Assembly (NCBI GenBank): GCA_010405405.1
Contig: MU004231.1
Location: 2,681,860 to 2,711,702 of the forward strand
Source: Microthyrium microscopicum
Taxonomy: Eukaryota
Length of the DNA: 29,843 bases
Direction: 5' to 3'
Below, piece by piece: positions 11,449 through 23,926 of this stretch (the stretch's first letter is position 1; each line of letters opens with the position of its first letter). The position numbers were made by a program, and so were the translations under genes. The notes under the pieces were generated by a model, which saw only the letters and a list, made by a program, of their open reading frames with translations, did no database searches and was not told the DNA's origin.

Positions 11449-14400
11449 ATGTCACTTCCACCTGCAGCTATCACCGAGCCTGGTGAGTGCTTGAACATGC
11501 AACAGGATGTGATTGGCTCCGAGCCGGCGGAACTACCCGTAGGTCGCAACAGCCGCGTTGGCTTTTTCTCGATATACATGGTAAACTCACCCTCGATGCG
11601 CTCTCCCGGCAGATTCTAGGTACATAGTACTCATTCAATGGCAGACTTTAATACGGCTTGCATCCGTCGGAGAGTCTCTGCTCTATGCCCTGGCTATACT
11701 ATGCTCCATTGGCGCCGGAACAATATTACCATTGATGACACTTATTTTTGGAAATACCGTCACGGTGTTTACAAATTTCGCCGTTGGATCCATTGATGGA
11801 GCCGAGCTTAGATCCAAGATAAACCATTACACGTATGTTGCTATGAGCCACACCTCACAACTGGTGACCAAGCTAATGGAATTAGTCTCTACTTTATTTA
11901 CCTTTTCATTGCCCGAACTGGACTTACATACATATCAATGCTTCTCTTCTCCGTTGTTGCAACCAACATCACCGCCTGCCTTCGAAAGCGATATCTCAGC
12001 GCTGTCCTACACCAGAGCATCACTTTTCACGAAACGTCCCTTAGCTCTGGCGAATTCAGTCTTGCGCTTTCCACCCATTCCAATTCTGTTCGGACCGCTC
12101 TTGCCGAGAAGTTCGGCATGTCGCTCAAATGTATTTCGACAATAGTTGCCGCCTTTGTTGTTGCACTCCATTCTCAGTGGAAGCTCGCTCTCGTCACATC
12201 GACTGTTATACCCGCTGCTGTTGTCGCCATCAGTTTCACTGGAGCCATGGATGAAAAGAAAGAGACTAGTCTCAACAATGTAAAGGCCGCAGCTGCGACT
12301 TTGGCTGAAGAACTGTTCAGCTCTATTCGAACAGTCCGCTCCCTAGGCGCTGAAGGCAAGCTTTTCGCCCAGTACAAAGGGCTGCTCGATCAAGCTTCGG
12401 CAATTGCTTGGTCTAGGCTTCCAATTGTCGGCACTCAGGTCGGCAGCTACATGTTTGCTCTCTACGGTGCCTACGCGCTTGCATTTTGGTATGGCATGCA
12501 CTTGTACGCCAGGCACGAGACGAAGAGCTCCGGTGCAGTTATCACAGCCTTGTTTTCCATCATGATCGGCATCAACGCTTTCTCGGAGCTCGCAACTCAT
12601 TTGGGCACTTTCATGAAACTACGCTCATCGGGAGAGGAGCTGATCAAGATCATTAACTTGGAACGCAACGTTGCGTCGCGCTCTTTTCCTGGTGGAGGGA
12701 AAGGTGCATCATCAGTTGCCGAGGAGAAATGCCTCGACCTTTTCCGCCGAGATATCCTGCTGGAAAACGTCTCATTCCACTATCCCACTCGCCCTAAAGT
12801 TCAGACATTGAAGGACTTCTCTTTGACTCTCCAAGCCGGCAAAACAACAGCACTGGTTGGACCCAGTGGTTGTGGGAAGTCAACTATTGTGGGGCTAGTC
12901 TTGGGCTGGTACAGAGCCTCAGCGGGTGAGGTCAGATTTGGCGATTGTGTCATGGAGGATATTCCAATCGAAACGATCCGAAAGAACATAGGTCTTGTGC
13001 AACAGGTACGTTCTCGTCCGACTTTACTTAGCTTACCTTGTCTAATAGTGGCTAGGAACCTTGTCTTTTTACTGGGACTGTCTTTGAGAATGTTGCGTAC
13101 GGCCTTTCCGGTACTTCTTTTGAAGAAGTTTCTGAATCAGAGAAACGAGAGATGGTCATTAAGGCATGCACTACGGCTAATGCACACGAGTTCGTCATGC
13201 GACTTCCCCAAGGATACGACACAGCCATTGGAAACCGAGGAACCTCACTTTCTGGCGGCCAGAAGCAACGACTCGCTATCTCCCGAGCCATCATCAAAAA
13301 TCCACCCATTCTTATTCTCGACGAAGCGACAAGCGCCTTGGATGCTCAATCTGAAGCCGTGGTGCAGCACGCATTGGACAATGCGCAACATAATCGCACC
13401 ACCATTTCAATTGCCCATCGCTTGACGACTATCAAATCAGCTGATCAGATAGTAGTCATGCGCAACGGTTCCATTATTGAGCTTGGAACGCACAATAGCC
13501 TCCTGGACACTGACGAAGGAATTTACAGACGGCTTTGGGAAGCTCAACTAATTCCCGCCCTTATATCTCATCATAGTCCCGACTCTGACGAAGACATCTC
13601 TACAAAACTTCAGGTATTGGAAAAACCAATAACTGAACGATTCGTGGATACGCCTGGCTCCGACAATGAGGCTTGCAATCACCCTAGTATTAAACTTACG
13701 ACACTACTTTCTACAATCTTCAGAGCTCAAAGGCGGTACTGGTGGGCATATCTGCTTCTTTTGGTAGGTAGCATTATTGGTGGTCAGTACCTGATAAAGC
13801 TCTTTAATTTTCCATCCATCTAACTTGAACAGGTGCTCTATTTCCCTTGCAGGCCTATCTGTATGCGAAGCTAGTCACAACCTTCCAGCTCACAGGTGCT
13901 GCCCTTGTGTCTCGCAGCAATTTCTGGGCATTGATGTGGTTCATTGTTGCGCTAGTTGTTGCGGTAGGGTACTTCATCGTAGGCGGTGTTGGAACCGGAC
14001 TCGGCGAGGTAAGTAGTAGACGTCGACCTCTCTAAAAGGGTTGAAATCATGCCAACATATCGCAGTCAATCGCGCAATACTACAGGTTCCAGTACTTTGT
14101 CTCTCTTGCTTGGAAGCCGCTTTCATACTTCGACTCCGAATCGAATGCCCCCAGCGCCATTCTCAATCGCCTCGCCACCGACCCGGAAAATATCAATTCT
14201 TTCGCCGGAAGTAACCTTGCTGTGCTCGTCACGATCCTCGTTTCGCTTATAAGCACCATCACCCTGGCTCTTGCGGTCGGCTGGAAGCTGGCCTTGGTCG
14301 TCATCTTTGGTGGATTGCCCTTCATCTTCAGTGCTGGAGTCTTTCACGAAAGAATGGAAAATGGTTTCGAAGAAAAGTCTGCCAAAGCCTTTGAGGGCAG

Positions 14401-15692
14401 CGTCGGCTTCGCAAGCGAGTGCGTTGGGATCCTCAAGACCGTCTCTGCTCTCAACATGGAGCCACTCGTAGAGAAGAGGTTCGCAGCACTACTTTCGGAG
14501 CATTGTACAAATGTGGCCCGCTACCAGATAGTTGCTATGATCTGGTTTGCGCTTAGCGAATCTATCGAGCTGTTGTGCATGGCATTGGCATTTTGGTATG
14601 GCATACTGCCTGAAAATATACTCTGCTAACTGTTCAAAAGGTATGGGGGACGTCTCATGTCTTTTCACGAATACAACACGACTCAGTTCTTTACTGTTTT
14701 CGTGGCCATTATATTCGGGTCGCAGTCAATGGGGCAGTTCTTTGCCCATAGTTCCGGTATGTCGCTCTCAAAGTGCTTATATGTGTCAATCCTCTAAACA
14801 TACACACTGTCCAGACATGTTCAAAGGCCTTAGTAGTGCTAGAACAATTCTTTCGCAGTCTGCGGCTCCTCACAACCATACTGCAAAGCTACCGCTTCCA
14901 CAACTAGACGCACTGTCTTCAAACACGCCCTTGATCGAATTCCGAAATGTCTGTTTCTCTTATCCTACTCGGCCAACTATCCCCATCCTGCGCAATCTCA
15001 ATCTGAAAATCTATGCGGGGCAGTTTGTTGCGCTGGTCGGCTCTTCCGGATGCGGCAAAAGCACCGTTCTTCAGCTTCTCGAGCGCTTCTACGAAGTAGA
15101 AAGTGGCGACATTCTAATCGGAGGCGTCTCAGTGAAGAACCTTGAGGATTCTGATGTCCGCAAGCTCTACTCCCTCGTCAGCCAGGAGCCGACGCTGTAC
15201 TCCGGAAACGTTCAATACAACACCTCACTCGGCGTAAGCGGTTCGCTTGACCGCGAGAAGCTGGATCAAGTGCTGAAGCAAGCCCAGCTCTCAGAATTCA
15301 TATCCTCCCTCCCAGAAGGTATCAACACCGAAGTCGGTGCCAGAGGAACCGCATTGAGCGGTGGACAGAAGCAGCGTGTTGCGATTGCTCGGGCTCTTGC
15401 GCAGGATTCTGCTATTCTGCTGCTGGACGAAGCAACGTCTGCTTTGGACAGCAACTCGGAGCGAGAGATTCAAAAGGCAATAATCAACGGGCAAAATGGT
15501 GGTTCTTCGGAAGTGGCTGTAAAAAGGACGGTGATTGCGGTTGCCCATCGACTGTCGACCATTCAGCATTCTGATTGCATTTTCGTTTTCGACCAAGGAC
15601 AGCTTGTCGAGACAGGAACTCACCATGAGTTAACAGAAAAGAAAGGGGTTTATTGGTGTCTCTGCAAAGCTCAAACAGGGTGGATAGAATGA
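11449..15692 (+). CDS. Full-length ABCB (MDR/P-glycoprotein-type) ABC transporter, ~1288 aa, 8 exons: 11449-11580, 11645-11832, 11886-13005, 13056-13782, 13833-14008, 14066-14595, 14641-14756, 14815-15692
   Basis: TMD-NBD-TMD-NBD layout; IGAGTILPLMTLIFG in TM1; Walker A GPSGCGKST and GSSGCGKST; LSGGQKQR twice; LDEATSALD twice; AHRL switch twice. All seven introns are GT-AG and the joined length (3867 nt) keeps frame. Confidence 0.93.
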
Positions 15693-16348
15693 TAATCTCT
15701 AGTATTCAATCGATGTATATGGTACACAGTCGATGATCGTTCTAGACATTTTCGATGCTACTTGGTTGAGCATCAAGAGAGGCGTAAGAGGCGTTTGATT
15801 TTGTGCAACAGTGCTTTTGAATTCCGGAAAGCGTGTACAGTTAGTGACAGAGGCAAGTTTTAGTTCAAGTTGTATCAGTCTATCAGAGCACGAGAAGTTT
15901 GGACTGGTATACCCCAATGGATGTCACGTCTTGTCTCATGTGATGTGACTTCTAAAACTTGATTTTCGATTGACAGAAACCGACCATTCTCAGAATCTAC
16001 ACTTTCACCTGATGACAATATCGTATTCAGGAGTGATTTGTCCGATCACGGAGTGCGTCCGGCGACCTAGTGAGGCATGTTATACTAGGTAGGTATGTAA
16101 AGAACTAAAGTCGAGTCTTTTCTTGACTAACATCAATCTACTCTGTATTGTGAGATTGCAGAAGTGGGTGAGTTAGTCTATCAGAACGAAAAAGCCGGAC
16201 ACCGATTGTGCAAGGCACTTGTAGTGTACATAGGACCATTCAGTCCCTTTCTATCTGCAAACAAAGCCACAATGAGCCCAGTATCCGGCGATCCGAACAC
16301 CCACCCAATTCGCTATGCAAATGTGGTACTACTTCTATAAAACTTTGA

Positions 16349-18520
16349 TCACTGCCATCCACCACTCTCAACGACCATCGGCTTCATCCCCATCAACCTC
16401 CGTAGCGATAGCCAGGACTCATAGACACTCAACTTGAGTTCAACCCTCGCATATCTCGCAAACGCACTGAGGAAGCGCAGCAGATTACGCGGCCACAAGA
16501 CACTGCCTGATATACCTTCTAGTTCCTCCGAGTAGACACACCGCGAGGCGTAGCGGCCGAGAATTAGAAAGGTACGGGCGGAACCTTGGCGGGTATGGAG
16601 GTTGTCGTCTAGTGATCGCGCTGTAAATTGTCAGTATTTGTTGTTCAAATAGATGCTGGTAAAAGGGTTTTTGTGGGAAAGATGCGTGATGGGAAGGAGG
16701 CTGTGCGGATGAGGACGAATCTGATCCGCTGCCATCCGAATGGTGTTGCGGTGCATTGGATAAAGCTCTGTATGCCAGAATCGAGTGACACTGTAATAAC
16801 TGCCAATTGATCCGCAAGCATTCCCAGGGACTACGCATTGATAGTCCAACAATGCTGCTAACGCGCCGCCATCCACAACAGCATCAAACCTCCTCAACCT
16901 AGACCACTAAAGAACGAGAGGGACAACTTACTCAAATCATTCGTCTTCAGCACCAACAACAGCACCCTCGGAACCTGCGCCAACAACCTCGTCAACTGAC
17001 TCAACAACCCACCCTCTCCAAGTGCCTGCCCCATCGCCTTCTTCTCATCCTTCTCTCGCACACTCGTCACCCCGGCCCCCGGATCGCTCAACACACTAAA
17101 GTCTCTTCCAGTAATCGCACTAGCAAACAACTCAAAGTGCTCATCGCTAATACCCGCAACCTCCTTAGCATAAGTACGCATCCTCGGTACATCATTGTCC
17201 AGCACGGCCAGCCAGAGACGCGCATACGCATGTCTCAATTGACTGGGCAATTCGCGGTATAAGCCATGGTCGTAGAGAACAACGTCAAAGTTGGCTTTTT
17301 CACCCCAGCGCTTCCGTCGATGGCGGATGGCGATGTTGCCGCCGTGAGGGTCGCAGTGCAGTGGTGCGCCTTCGCCAAAAATCATTTCGTTGAATATGCG
17401 TGCTAGGGCGGCGGAGACTTCATCGCGGTCGATGGAGTGGGAGTCTAAGAAGTCGAGATCGTCGGGTCTATGGCCGGGGACGTACTCCATGACGAGGATA
17501 CGGCGCTGGGCCCAGAGGACGCGGGGGATTATGACGGGTGCGTCGGGCACGTGGGAAAAGTATTCGCGGGCGACGGTCGCGTTGTGGGCTTCGTGGGCAA
17601 AGTCGAGTTCTTTGGGGAGACTGACTTCCATTTCTTCCGAGAGCCAGGTAAGGTCATATTCGGGGAACCAGTAGGCGAGAGATTCAAAGGAGAAGCGTGT
17701 GAGAGCGAGGTCAATGTGTGCCCATTCGTCTAAGGTGGGATGTTGGACTTTGACGGCGACGCGCTCGCCAGTTTCGCGAATGGTCGCGCGATGGACTTGG
17801 GCGAGGGAGGCGGCGCCGATGGGGAAAGGTTCGAATTCAGAGAAGAATTCGTCGAGGGATTTGCCAGTATCTTTAAGGACCATGGCTTTTATGCTGTCGA
17901 GAGAAGAGACGGGACATTTATCTTGGAGTGGTATGAAAGTATCACACCACTCTTTCGGAAGCAGATAGTTCATGCTGCTGAGATGTTGACCCAATTTGAT
18001 GAAAATCGAACCATTCTTCTCCAACGCCGAGAGTGTTCTTTCCGCGCTCCTCTTATGACATGCTTTAAGTAGCTCTTCAAACTCCTCTGGCGACACTTTC
18101 TCGTCCATCTTCAGTGTCTTGCGATAACTGCAAACCCCGTATGATTAGCCTCCAGTTCCTCTCAAGAAATCGACCAACCTACTCAGAAATACACCAAAAC
18201 AACGTATCCATAACCCTCCAAGTCCTCACACCTGCGCGCGAATAATGTCTCCCGGGTTCAGTAAACGCAACCAAGCTCGCCACTCCTATTCCACCACCCA
18301 GTATCAGCACCCATCGCCACAGCTTGCGATTCTCGCGAAACAATGCCTCTATGCGATCGCGCGAGACTTGAAAGTCGGCCGCTCGTATACTAATCGATCT
18401 AGTTTGTTTAGTGCGGGAGAGAGGAGGCCGTGTCCAGACGGTTGCCCGATTGCGCAAAAGACATGTTCGGCATGTCCACATGGACGAGGAGGAGAAGAGC
18501 GGTTTGAAGGACGGTGGCAT
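16349..18520 (-). CDS. ABC1/UbiB family atypical kinase (ADCK1/Mcp2-like, probably mitochondrial), ~601 aa, exons 18520-18183, 18127-16932, 16620-16349
   Basis: Motifs FIKLGQ, LQDKCP, GAASLAQVHRA, VAVKVQHP, ELDF, HCDPHGGN, YDHGLY; Arg-rich N-terminus. Splicing gives SDYRKT and KTNDLTRSLDDNL junctions; joined length 1806 nt. Confidence 0.92.
16694..16895 (-). ncRNA. Candidate intronic structured RNA, H/ACA snoRNA-like
   Basis: Within a 311-bp intron: four successive hairpins, an ANANNA box (ACACCA, 16746-16741) between the last two, ACA (16704-16702) directly after the last hairpin, and a flanking GAGGAGGUU/AGCCUCCUU stem. Confidence 0.5.
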
Positions 18521-19128
18521 TTCGAGCAGGGTTCGTTTATATCATGGTTTGCAAGTTTGTATGTCGGTCCTGATTCGTTTTTCGTCAGTTGGAGTGGGTG
18601 ATGCTATGTTTCTGTTTTGAAGAAAATGTTGGAGAGAGGTCGAGGCCGACTTTTTCCATTGAGGCTCGGCCTCGGAAGCTGCAATCAGCCGCATCAAATG
18701 TCAACCAACCATGTATGATGATATCACCATCAAAGAGTAAATCCATGGAAAGGAAAGACTGAATCAGAATTTAATATTTATTTGTTTATTGGCTTTGAAT
18801 TCCAGTATTGGGTATACAGTTAAATGCAACCGAAAGAGGCGGTACTAAAAAATCAGCCGTCTAAAGTCCTCCATAATTCTTCACATATAACAATCCATCG
18901 CATTTAGCAGTCATGAAAATCATCAAACGCATATTGGCACAAACATAACATGCTGACCAACGGTCTACAGCAAGAGACGTGAAGGAAAAGTGGTATCTTA
19001 AACATTTGAAAATCAAAACATGCCAACCAAGGCAAAGCGAGCTTGAAGCTCGTAGAGAAAGGAAAGAAATCAGGCTATGAGCCTGCCTGGGCAAGGAAGA
19101 AAGAGGAATATCAAGAATCATGACACGA

Positions 19129-21297
19129 TCATGGACCGACGTCGCTAACCCATCCATACTGTGGGCCTGCGTCTGACGATTGGCCATTCCATTGCTCCTC
19201 GTCTTCATATTCGCTAGCATCAAACGAACTGCGTCCACTATGTGCGTCTTCAATCTCATCTGGACCATTCGAAGGCAAATTGTCCCAGATGCCGCCCAAA
19301 GTTGGATATTGCTGGAGTAGTGCCGCAGGTAGGCGAACTTGCATTTGAGGTGGAATTGCCATACCAGGCTGAAATTGGCCAGGTTGGGAAACATTGTATG
19401 AAAAGCCACCGGCTGGACCCATCATCTGCTGTTGACCTGGCATAGGCATAATAGGAATACCAAGCTCAGAGCCTGGTTCAGCCTGTGGCTGGTGGCGTTC
19501 CAGAGCCTCTTCGTCCATAAGCGGCTTAATACAAACACGTCCCGCCTCACTTCTGAAATGGCGACCGAGAGCATCGGCGCGGGCAAATCGGCGTCCACAG
19601 CCCCAGTTGTTGCCATCCTTGAGATTTCCTCGGCATACGAACTTCTTTTCGCCGGAATGGAGTCCTTCGTGACGTTTGCGATCGTGTTGGCGTGCAAAAG
19701 CCTTGCCGCAGTGACTACATACAAATGGGCGCTCATCTGTATGAGTGCGCAAATGCGATCGCAAGTTGTAGGCTCGAGTAAATCGCTTGGGACATAAGCT
19801 GCACTGGAATGTTGCGGGATGTTTTTGAGTGCGTTTTGTGGCGCTTCCAGACTCGTTGGAATTTGCTGATGCGGGACGGGATGGGTCGGCAAGATCGAGG
19901 ATGTAATCGCGGTTTCGGACGTCAGAGGCAGATGATCGACGAGTCTTGTTCGAAGGTGATGGTGAGCGAGACCCCACACCAGCTCTGGCTGGGGACAATA
20001 GGTCGCGCTGGACGTCTCGGCCGGGAGTTGAGCCTCGAGAGCTAAATGGGTCGGACTTGGCACGGCCACGAGCTATAAAGTGTGAGATAAGGCCATCAAG
20101 CAAATGCGAATTAAACTTACACTTCTCTGGAGGACTTAAAGCGTCAGCGACTTTGCCTTCTACTGGTGGCTCAAAGCTAGCTTGTCTTGATGGTGGAGCC
20201 AATTGAAAAGTAATCTCAGGAGGTGTCATGGCATCAGCATGATTTGGATATTCCTGATGATTCATGGTTGGCTGTCCCATGTTGGTATAGTCTCCGCCGC
20301 TTGAGCTTGGAAGAACGTATTGTTGAGGAGGCATCAAGCTAAAGTTACTTGTATCAGGGTAGGATGGGATGGAATGCTGTGTAGGAAGCAAAGCGGGAGA
20401 GATGTGAGGACTATGAGCTGGGCTTATGTATGAAGCTGCGGCCTCTGAGAGAGAAACATGTCCAATGCCCATGACATCGTGGAACATGTTGGGGTCCTGA
20501 GCATTGAGGTTGGGAGAATGGTCAATAGTCTGGCCAAAGTTATCGGAAGCCGGAAGATATGGTGATTGATGAGCGGAAGAGATTTCTGAATGGGCATCCG
20601 AGTATGTTCTTCGGTGACCTTGGAAGGCAGCACTGCCGCCCCACTCTCCTTGTCCTTGAGGGAAAGCCGCACTCGAAGGGTCAAGCGACTGCTGTCGCGA
20701 GTGTGATGGTGGTGGCGTTCGAAATTGGCCTTGGTTCATTGCTGGTGAGCCGTGAGGGCTGCTATGCTGGCGATGCATGTTGGGCGCAAGAAGATGTGGT
20801 GGCGTAGGGGCAGAGGTGGTTGCCATTTGATCAGAATTGGATTGTGAGAGGGATTGCGAAGGTAGCTGTGGGTCGAGCAGGGCAGGATCCAAGACACTCG
20901 AATCTATAAATGAAGAATTGTCTGTAGCGGGCGCGAACAATGGACCATCGAAGGTAGAGTCACCGAGCACAGCGTTCGCGTCGAAGTTGATAAAGTCGGG
21001 AAAGGCAGTATTGCCTTGTCCGTTGATACCCAGGGTGTCGGCGGTGGAGGTCTCAGGGTAGAGACTGGTATCAAAGCTTCCGTTGAAAGAAGGCTGCTGT
21101 TGTTGCGAGGCAGAGGGAGCAGCGAATGGGTTGTAGTCGTTACCGACGGTCGCAAAGGATGTTGATTGAAGGTCAAGAGAGGTGCCGGCGGTAGTAAAGG
21201 GATGATTTCTATAGACTGGAGCAGGTGATGCAGCTGGAGTATGCCTTGCTGAATGATGACCGGCTGAGGGAGATCTTCCCCTCTGTGAACCCTCCAT
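19129..21297 (-). CDS. crzA: Calcineurin-responsive C2H2 zinc-finger transcription factor Crz1/CrzA, ~706 aa after removing a 48-nt intron (20073-20120)
   Basis: Diagnostic fingers [35 protein letters not shown]...[25 protein letters not shown]; Ser-rich regulatory region; PxIxIT-like PEITFQ calcineurin docking motif; GTAAGT...TAG intron. Confidence 0.95.
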   Translation of the reverse strand: MEGSQRGRSPSAGHHSARHTPAASPAPVYRNHPFTTAGTSLDLQSTSFATVGNDYNPFAAPSASQQQQPSFNGSFDTSLYPETSTADTLGINGQGNTAFPDFINFDANAVLGDSTFDGPLFAPATDNSSFIDSSVLDPALLDPQLPSQSLSQSNSDQMATTSAPTPPHLLAPNMHRQHSSPHGSPAMNQGQFRTPPPSHSRQQSLDPSSAAFPQGQGEWGGSAAFQGHRRTYSDAHSEISSAHQSPYLPASDNFGQTIDHSPNLNAQDPNMFHDVMGIGHVSLSEAAASYISPAHSPHISPALLPTQHSIPSYPDTSNFSLMPPQQYVLPSSSGGDYTNMGQPTMNHQEYPNHADAMTPPEITFQLAPPSRQASFEPPVEGKVADALSPPEKCKFNSHLLDGLISHFIARGRAKSDPFSSRGSTPGRDVQRDLLSPARAGVGSRSPSPSNKTRRSSASDVRNRDYILDLADPSRPASANSNESGSATKRTQKHPATFQCSLCPKRFTRAYNLRSHLRTHTDERPFVCSHCGKAFARQHDRKRHEGLHSGEKKFVCRGNLKDGNNWGCGRRFARADALGRHFRSEAGRVCIKPLMDEEALERHQPQAEPGSELGIPIMPMPGQQQMMGPAGGFSYNVSQPGQFQPGMAIPPQMQVRLPAALLQQYPTLGGIWDNLPSNGPDEIEDAHSGRSSFDASEYEDEEQWNGQSSDAGPQYGWVSDVGP

Positions 21298-23926
21298 GGC
21301 GGAGGATTTATATAGGATATAAGAGTGAAGTCAGAAGAGTTGAGGCTGCGGCGGTAGGCTTCTTTTCTTAGAGGCCGGAGAACGGGAGAACTAAAGGGCG
21401 CTCGGGCCGTATAAACGGGCAATGGAGCTTGGTCGCAGAAAGAGGTACTGTATTGTGACGTCTGATAGTAGCCAGCGAATGCACGTCGAGTATCAAGTAG
21501 ATCGGACGAGGATGGGGAATATTGGGTAAAGGAGGCTGAGTAACTATCTACAAAGAGAAGAGTGGGCAACTGGGCATGCACGATGGAGGTGATGGGGGGC
21601 ACTGGGGGCACTGGGGGAAGTAGCGACCAAGAAGCCCAACAACGAGATTGGAAGGCGGGAGGGAGGTTTTGGCGGTCCGTGTTCCTGGTCTAAAAGGCCT
21701 GATACGAGCGAGGGTTCAAAGTGCCCTTTCAGAAAGAGGTACCTCTCATTTGCTACATCATACACACAAGACAGAGGTACCAGTTTCGCACAGAATACGG
21801 AGGCATTTGGAGGCAGGTCGTTGTTGCTGCGCCCCGATGCTGCGCCTTCTCTTTAAACTACCACTACGAATACTTTGAAACACTCAAAACACCGATTTTA
21901 ATCTTTCTATCCATGAACATAAACGCCATTGTAGTTAAAAAAAGAATCACTTTGATTGTCTGCTCAAAGCTCTTTCAAAATGTTATTTTTACAGCCATCG
22001 CAATTGCAGTTTCATCAGTCATGCCACCTCTGTCAAACGTTCTTGATGCTATTTTGTGCTTACTACCTCAGCTCTGTGCTCTTACAGGTAACAAGTCAGT
22101 GGGGGCCGAAACCAACTACTTCCTAGCTAATTATCCCCCGAAGACTAGAGTTAAAGGTAGCGTGGCAATTATCACTCGTGGCCAACAACTCCATTAGCCT
22201 TCCCTGACTTTGATACATCATACAACTTCACTTATGCGGTGAGAAGATCTGCCATTGTGAGAATGATATCCTAGTCAGGCTGGTCCAAATCGCGTGCCAT
22301 CTCCAACCCTTTCTGATTGACCGGCTTGCCCCATCTAATCAGCCAGTGATAATTATTTAGTTCCTACATCAAATGGTACACAAAACGGTGTAAGACTAGA
22401 CATGCGTGCCAATCGCTCAATCATACATTTCCAAACCAACCGTCCGGGAACCACAAGTGCACCGCGCCTCAAACCGAACCCTTCCAGAAAAACCCACTAT
22501 GCAAATCGTCAAGGTACCAAGCTGTAGCCCTGGAGATGTTGTGTACGATAACCACAAGCCATGGATATCGTGCAGAAAGTGAAGCATGGACCCCCAGAAA
22601 GCTGTGCTCAGCCTCACTCGAAATGGCAGCAAAAAATATCGACCGTTGGGCAAATTAGCTTGATCGCTCCCCTGGGGGCTACGGTGATTGGTCAATAACC
22701 TGGAGCATGACAGCTAAATTAACCCGTTTGGGGAGCAGTCTTGTTCCAATTTTGGATCATGGACCTTGCTGGTGATCGTGGCCATGAACATTTGTCGTTG
22801 TGTGTTTCCAGAAACAGAACTGGTATCTAGTCATTCGGGCTAGAAAGCTTCTTTCCTCGGCTTACGGATGGGTTCGGGGTGAGTGGAATGTTCGGTCAGC
22901 TCTGACGAATTGAGGAATTGCTCACGCATGAATTGTCGCTGGATTCTTTGCGTCTGCAGATGTAGAGTAATTGGGATTTCTGTGATTCTGCCTTAGCACC
23001 GCCACACATATTCAATAATTGCTCAAATTCGTATGAATGTAGAGCCAAAAGAGGCGCTAGGCAACCAGGTATCTGTGGCTGCTAGTTTTCTTATCGTTCT
23101 ATTGGTAGGTTGTTGGTGTACGTGTTGGTGCTTGACCGCTCCTTGGAGGTTGGACTCCCTCAACGTCCTTGCAAAGATGCGGTATGATGCTGTTGTCTGT
23201 CGCATTACTCTCCCTTCTTCAATGCATCATATCTTGTGGATATTCAAACATCTGGATACTCTGACCTGGACATCTAGATATCCGAAAACTGCCTTGTCCT
23301 ACGACATTCCATGATATTCGGTCAACGGTCCTCATCAGCTTGAATGGTTCGTAAGGCATCTGTCACCACATATCCCATGCTGCTCTTTTATTGAATCAGG
23401 AACTTGCAAACCTTGCTTCAGCTCCAATGGTTCACAAGGCATTCGTGGGAACCTGATTCATTATCGGATCCTGCCGAATCCACGCCCTCTCTGCAGACTG
23501 TCCGAGATTCGAGATCTTTGTATGGTTGAACACTACTCTTTGGGCTTTCGCTATCGACGTACACTACAGACCGTTAAAAGGCAGTCTGCAAATCTTTATG
23601 ATGCCAAGTCCATATCCAAAGTTGGCTGACATGCTGTTAGATCATGGATTCAGAGAAGCATTGCAGTACAGCCCGTATCATTTTATGCCTTGGCCTTGTA
23701 CTCTGGACTCGTTTGCTTGAGGAGAACCATAACATCCCCCTTTCGTCTATTACTCGGGAAGATTTACCTACTATACGTTATGATACGGTAAAATGGGGTA
23801 TCATAGGCTGGATTGTTCGTAGTCGCTGGCAAATGATACGACCTTTCCAGAGGAAGCTCTTCAACTTCTTTATCTCGAATTGGAAAAGATGGAAAATGAG
23901 CACGCTACCTACCTGACAAAAGCACT

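Noticed and set aside
10591..11579. Several short minus-strand ORFs upstream of the ABC transporter
   Set aside because: No recognisable motifs or coherent splice model; they overlap the promoter and exon 1.
16655..16668. CCUUUUACCAG resembling U5 snRNA loop I inside the ABC1 intron
   Set aside because: No closing stem and no Sm site context; it lies in the pyrimidine-rich region near the branch point.
16694..16895. RNase P/MRP, SRP, TPP riboswitch or group I intron as identity of the intronic structure
   Set aside because: Could not find P4 CR-I/CR-V pairing, SRP helix 8, the CUGAGA core, or separated P/Q/R/S elements.
20904..21611. 235-aa ORF overlapping the crzA 5' end
   Set aside because: Starts at GTG, is out of frame with crzA, low complexity; likely a shadow ORF.
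21721..22197. 158-aa plus-strand ORF
   Set aside because: Non-ATG start, no motifs, lies in the crzA upstream region.
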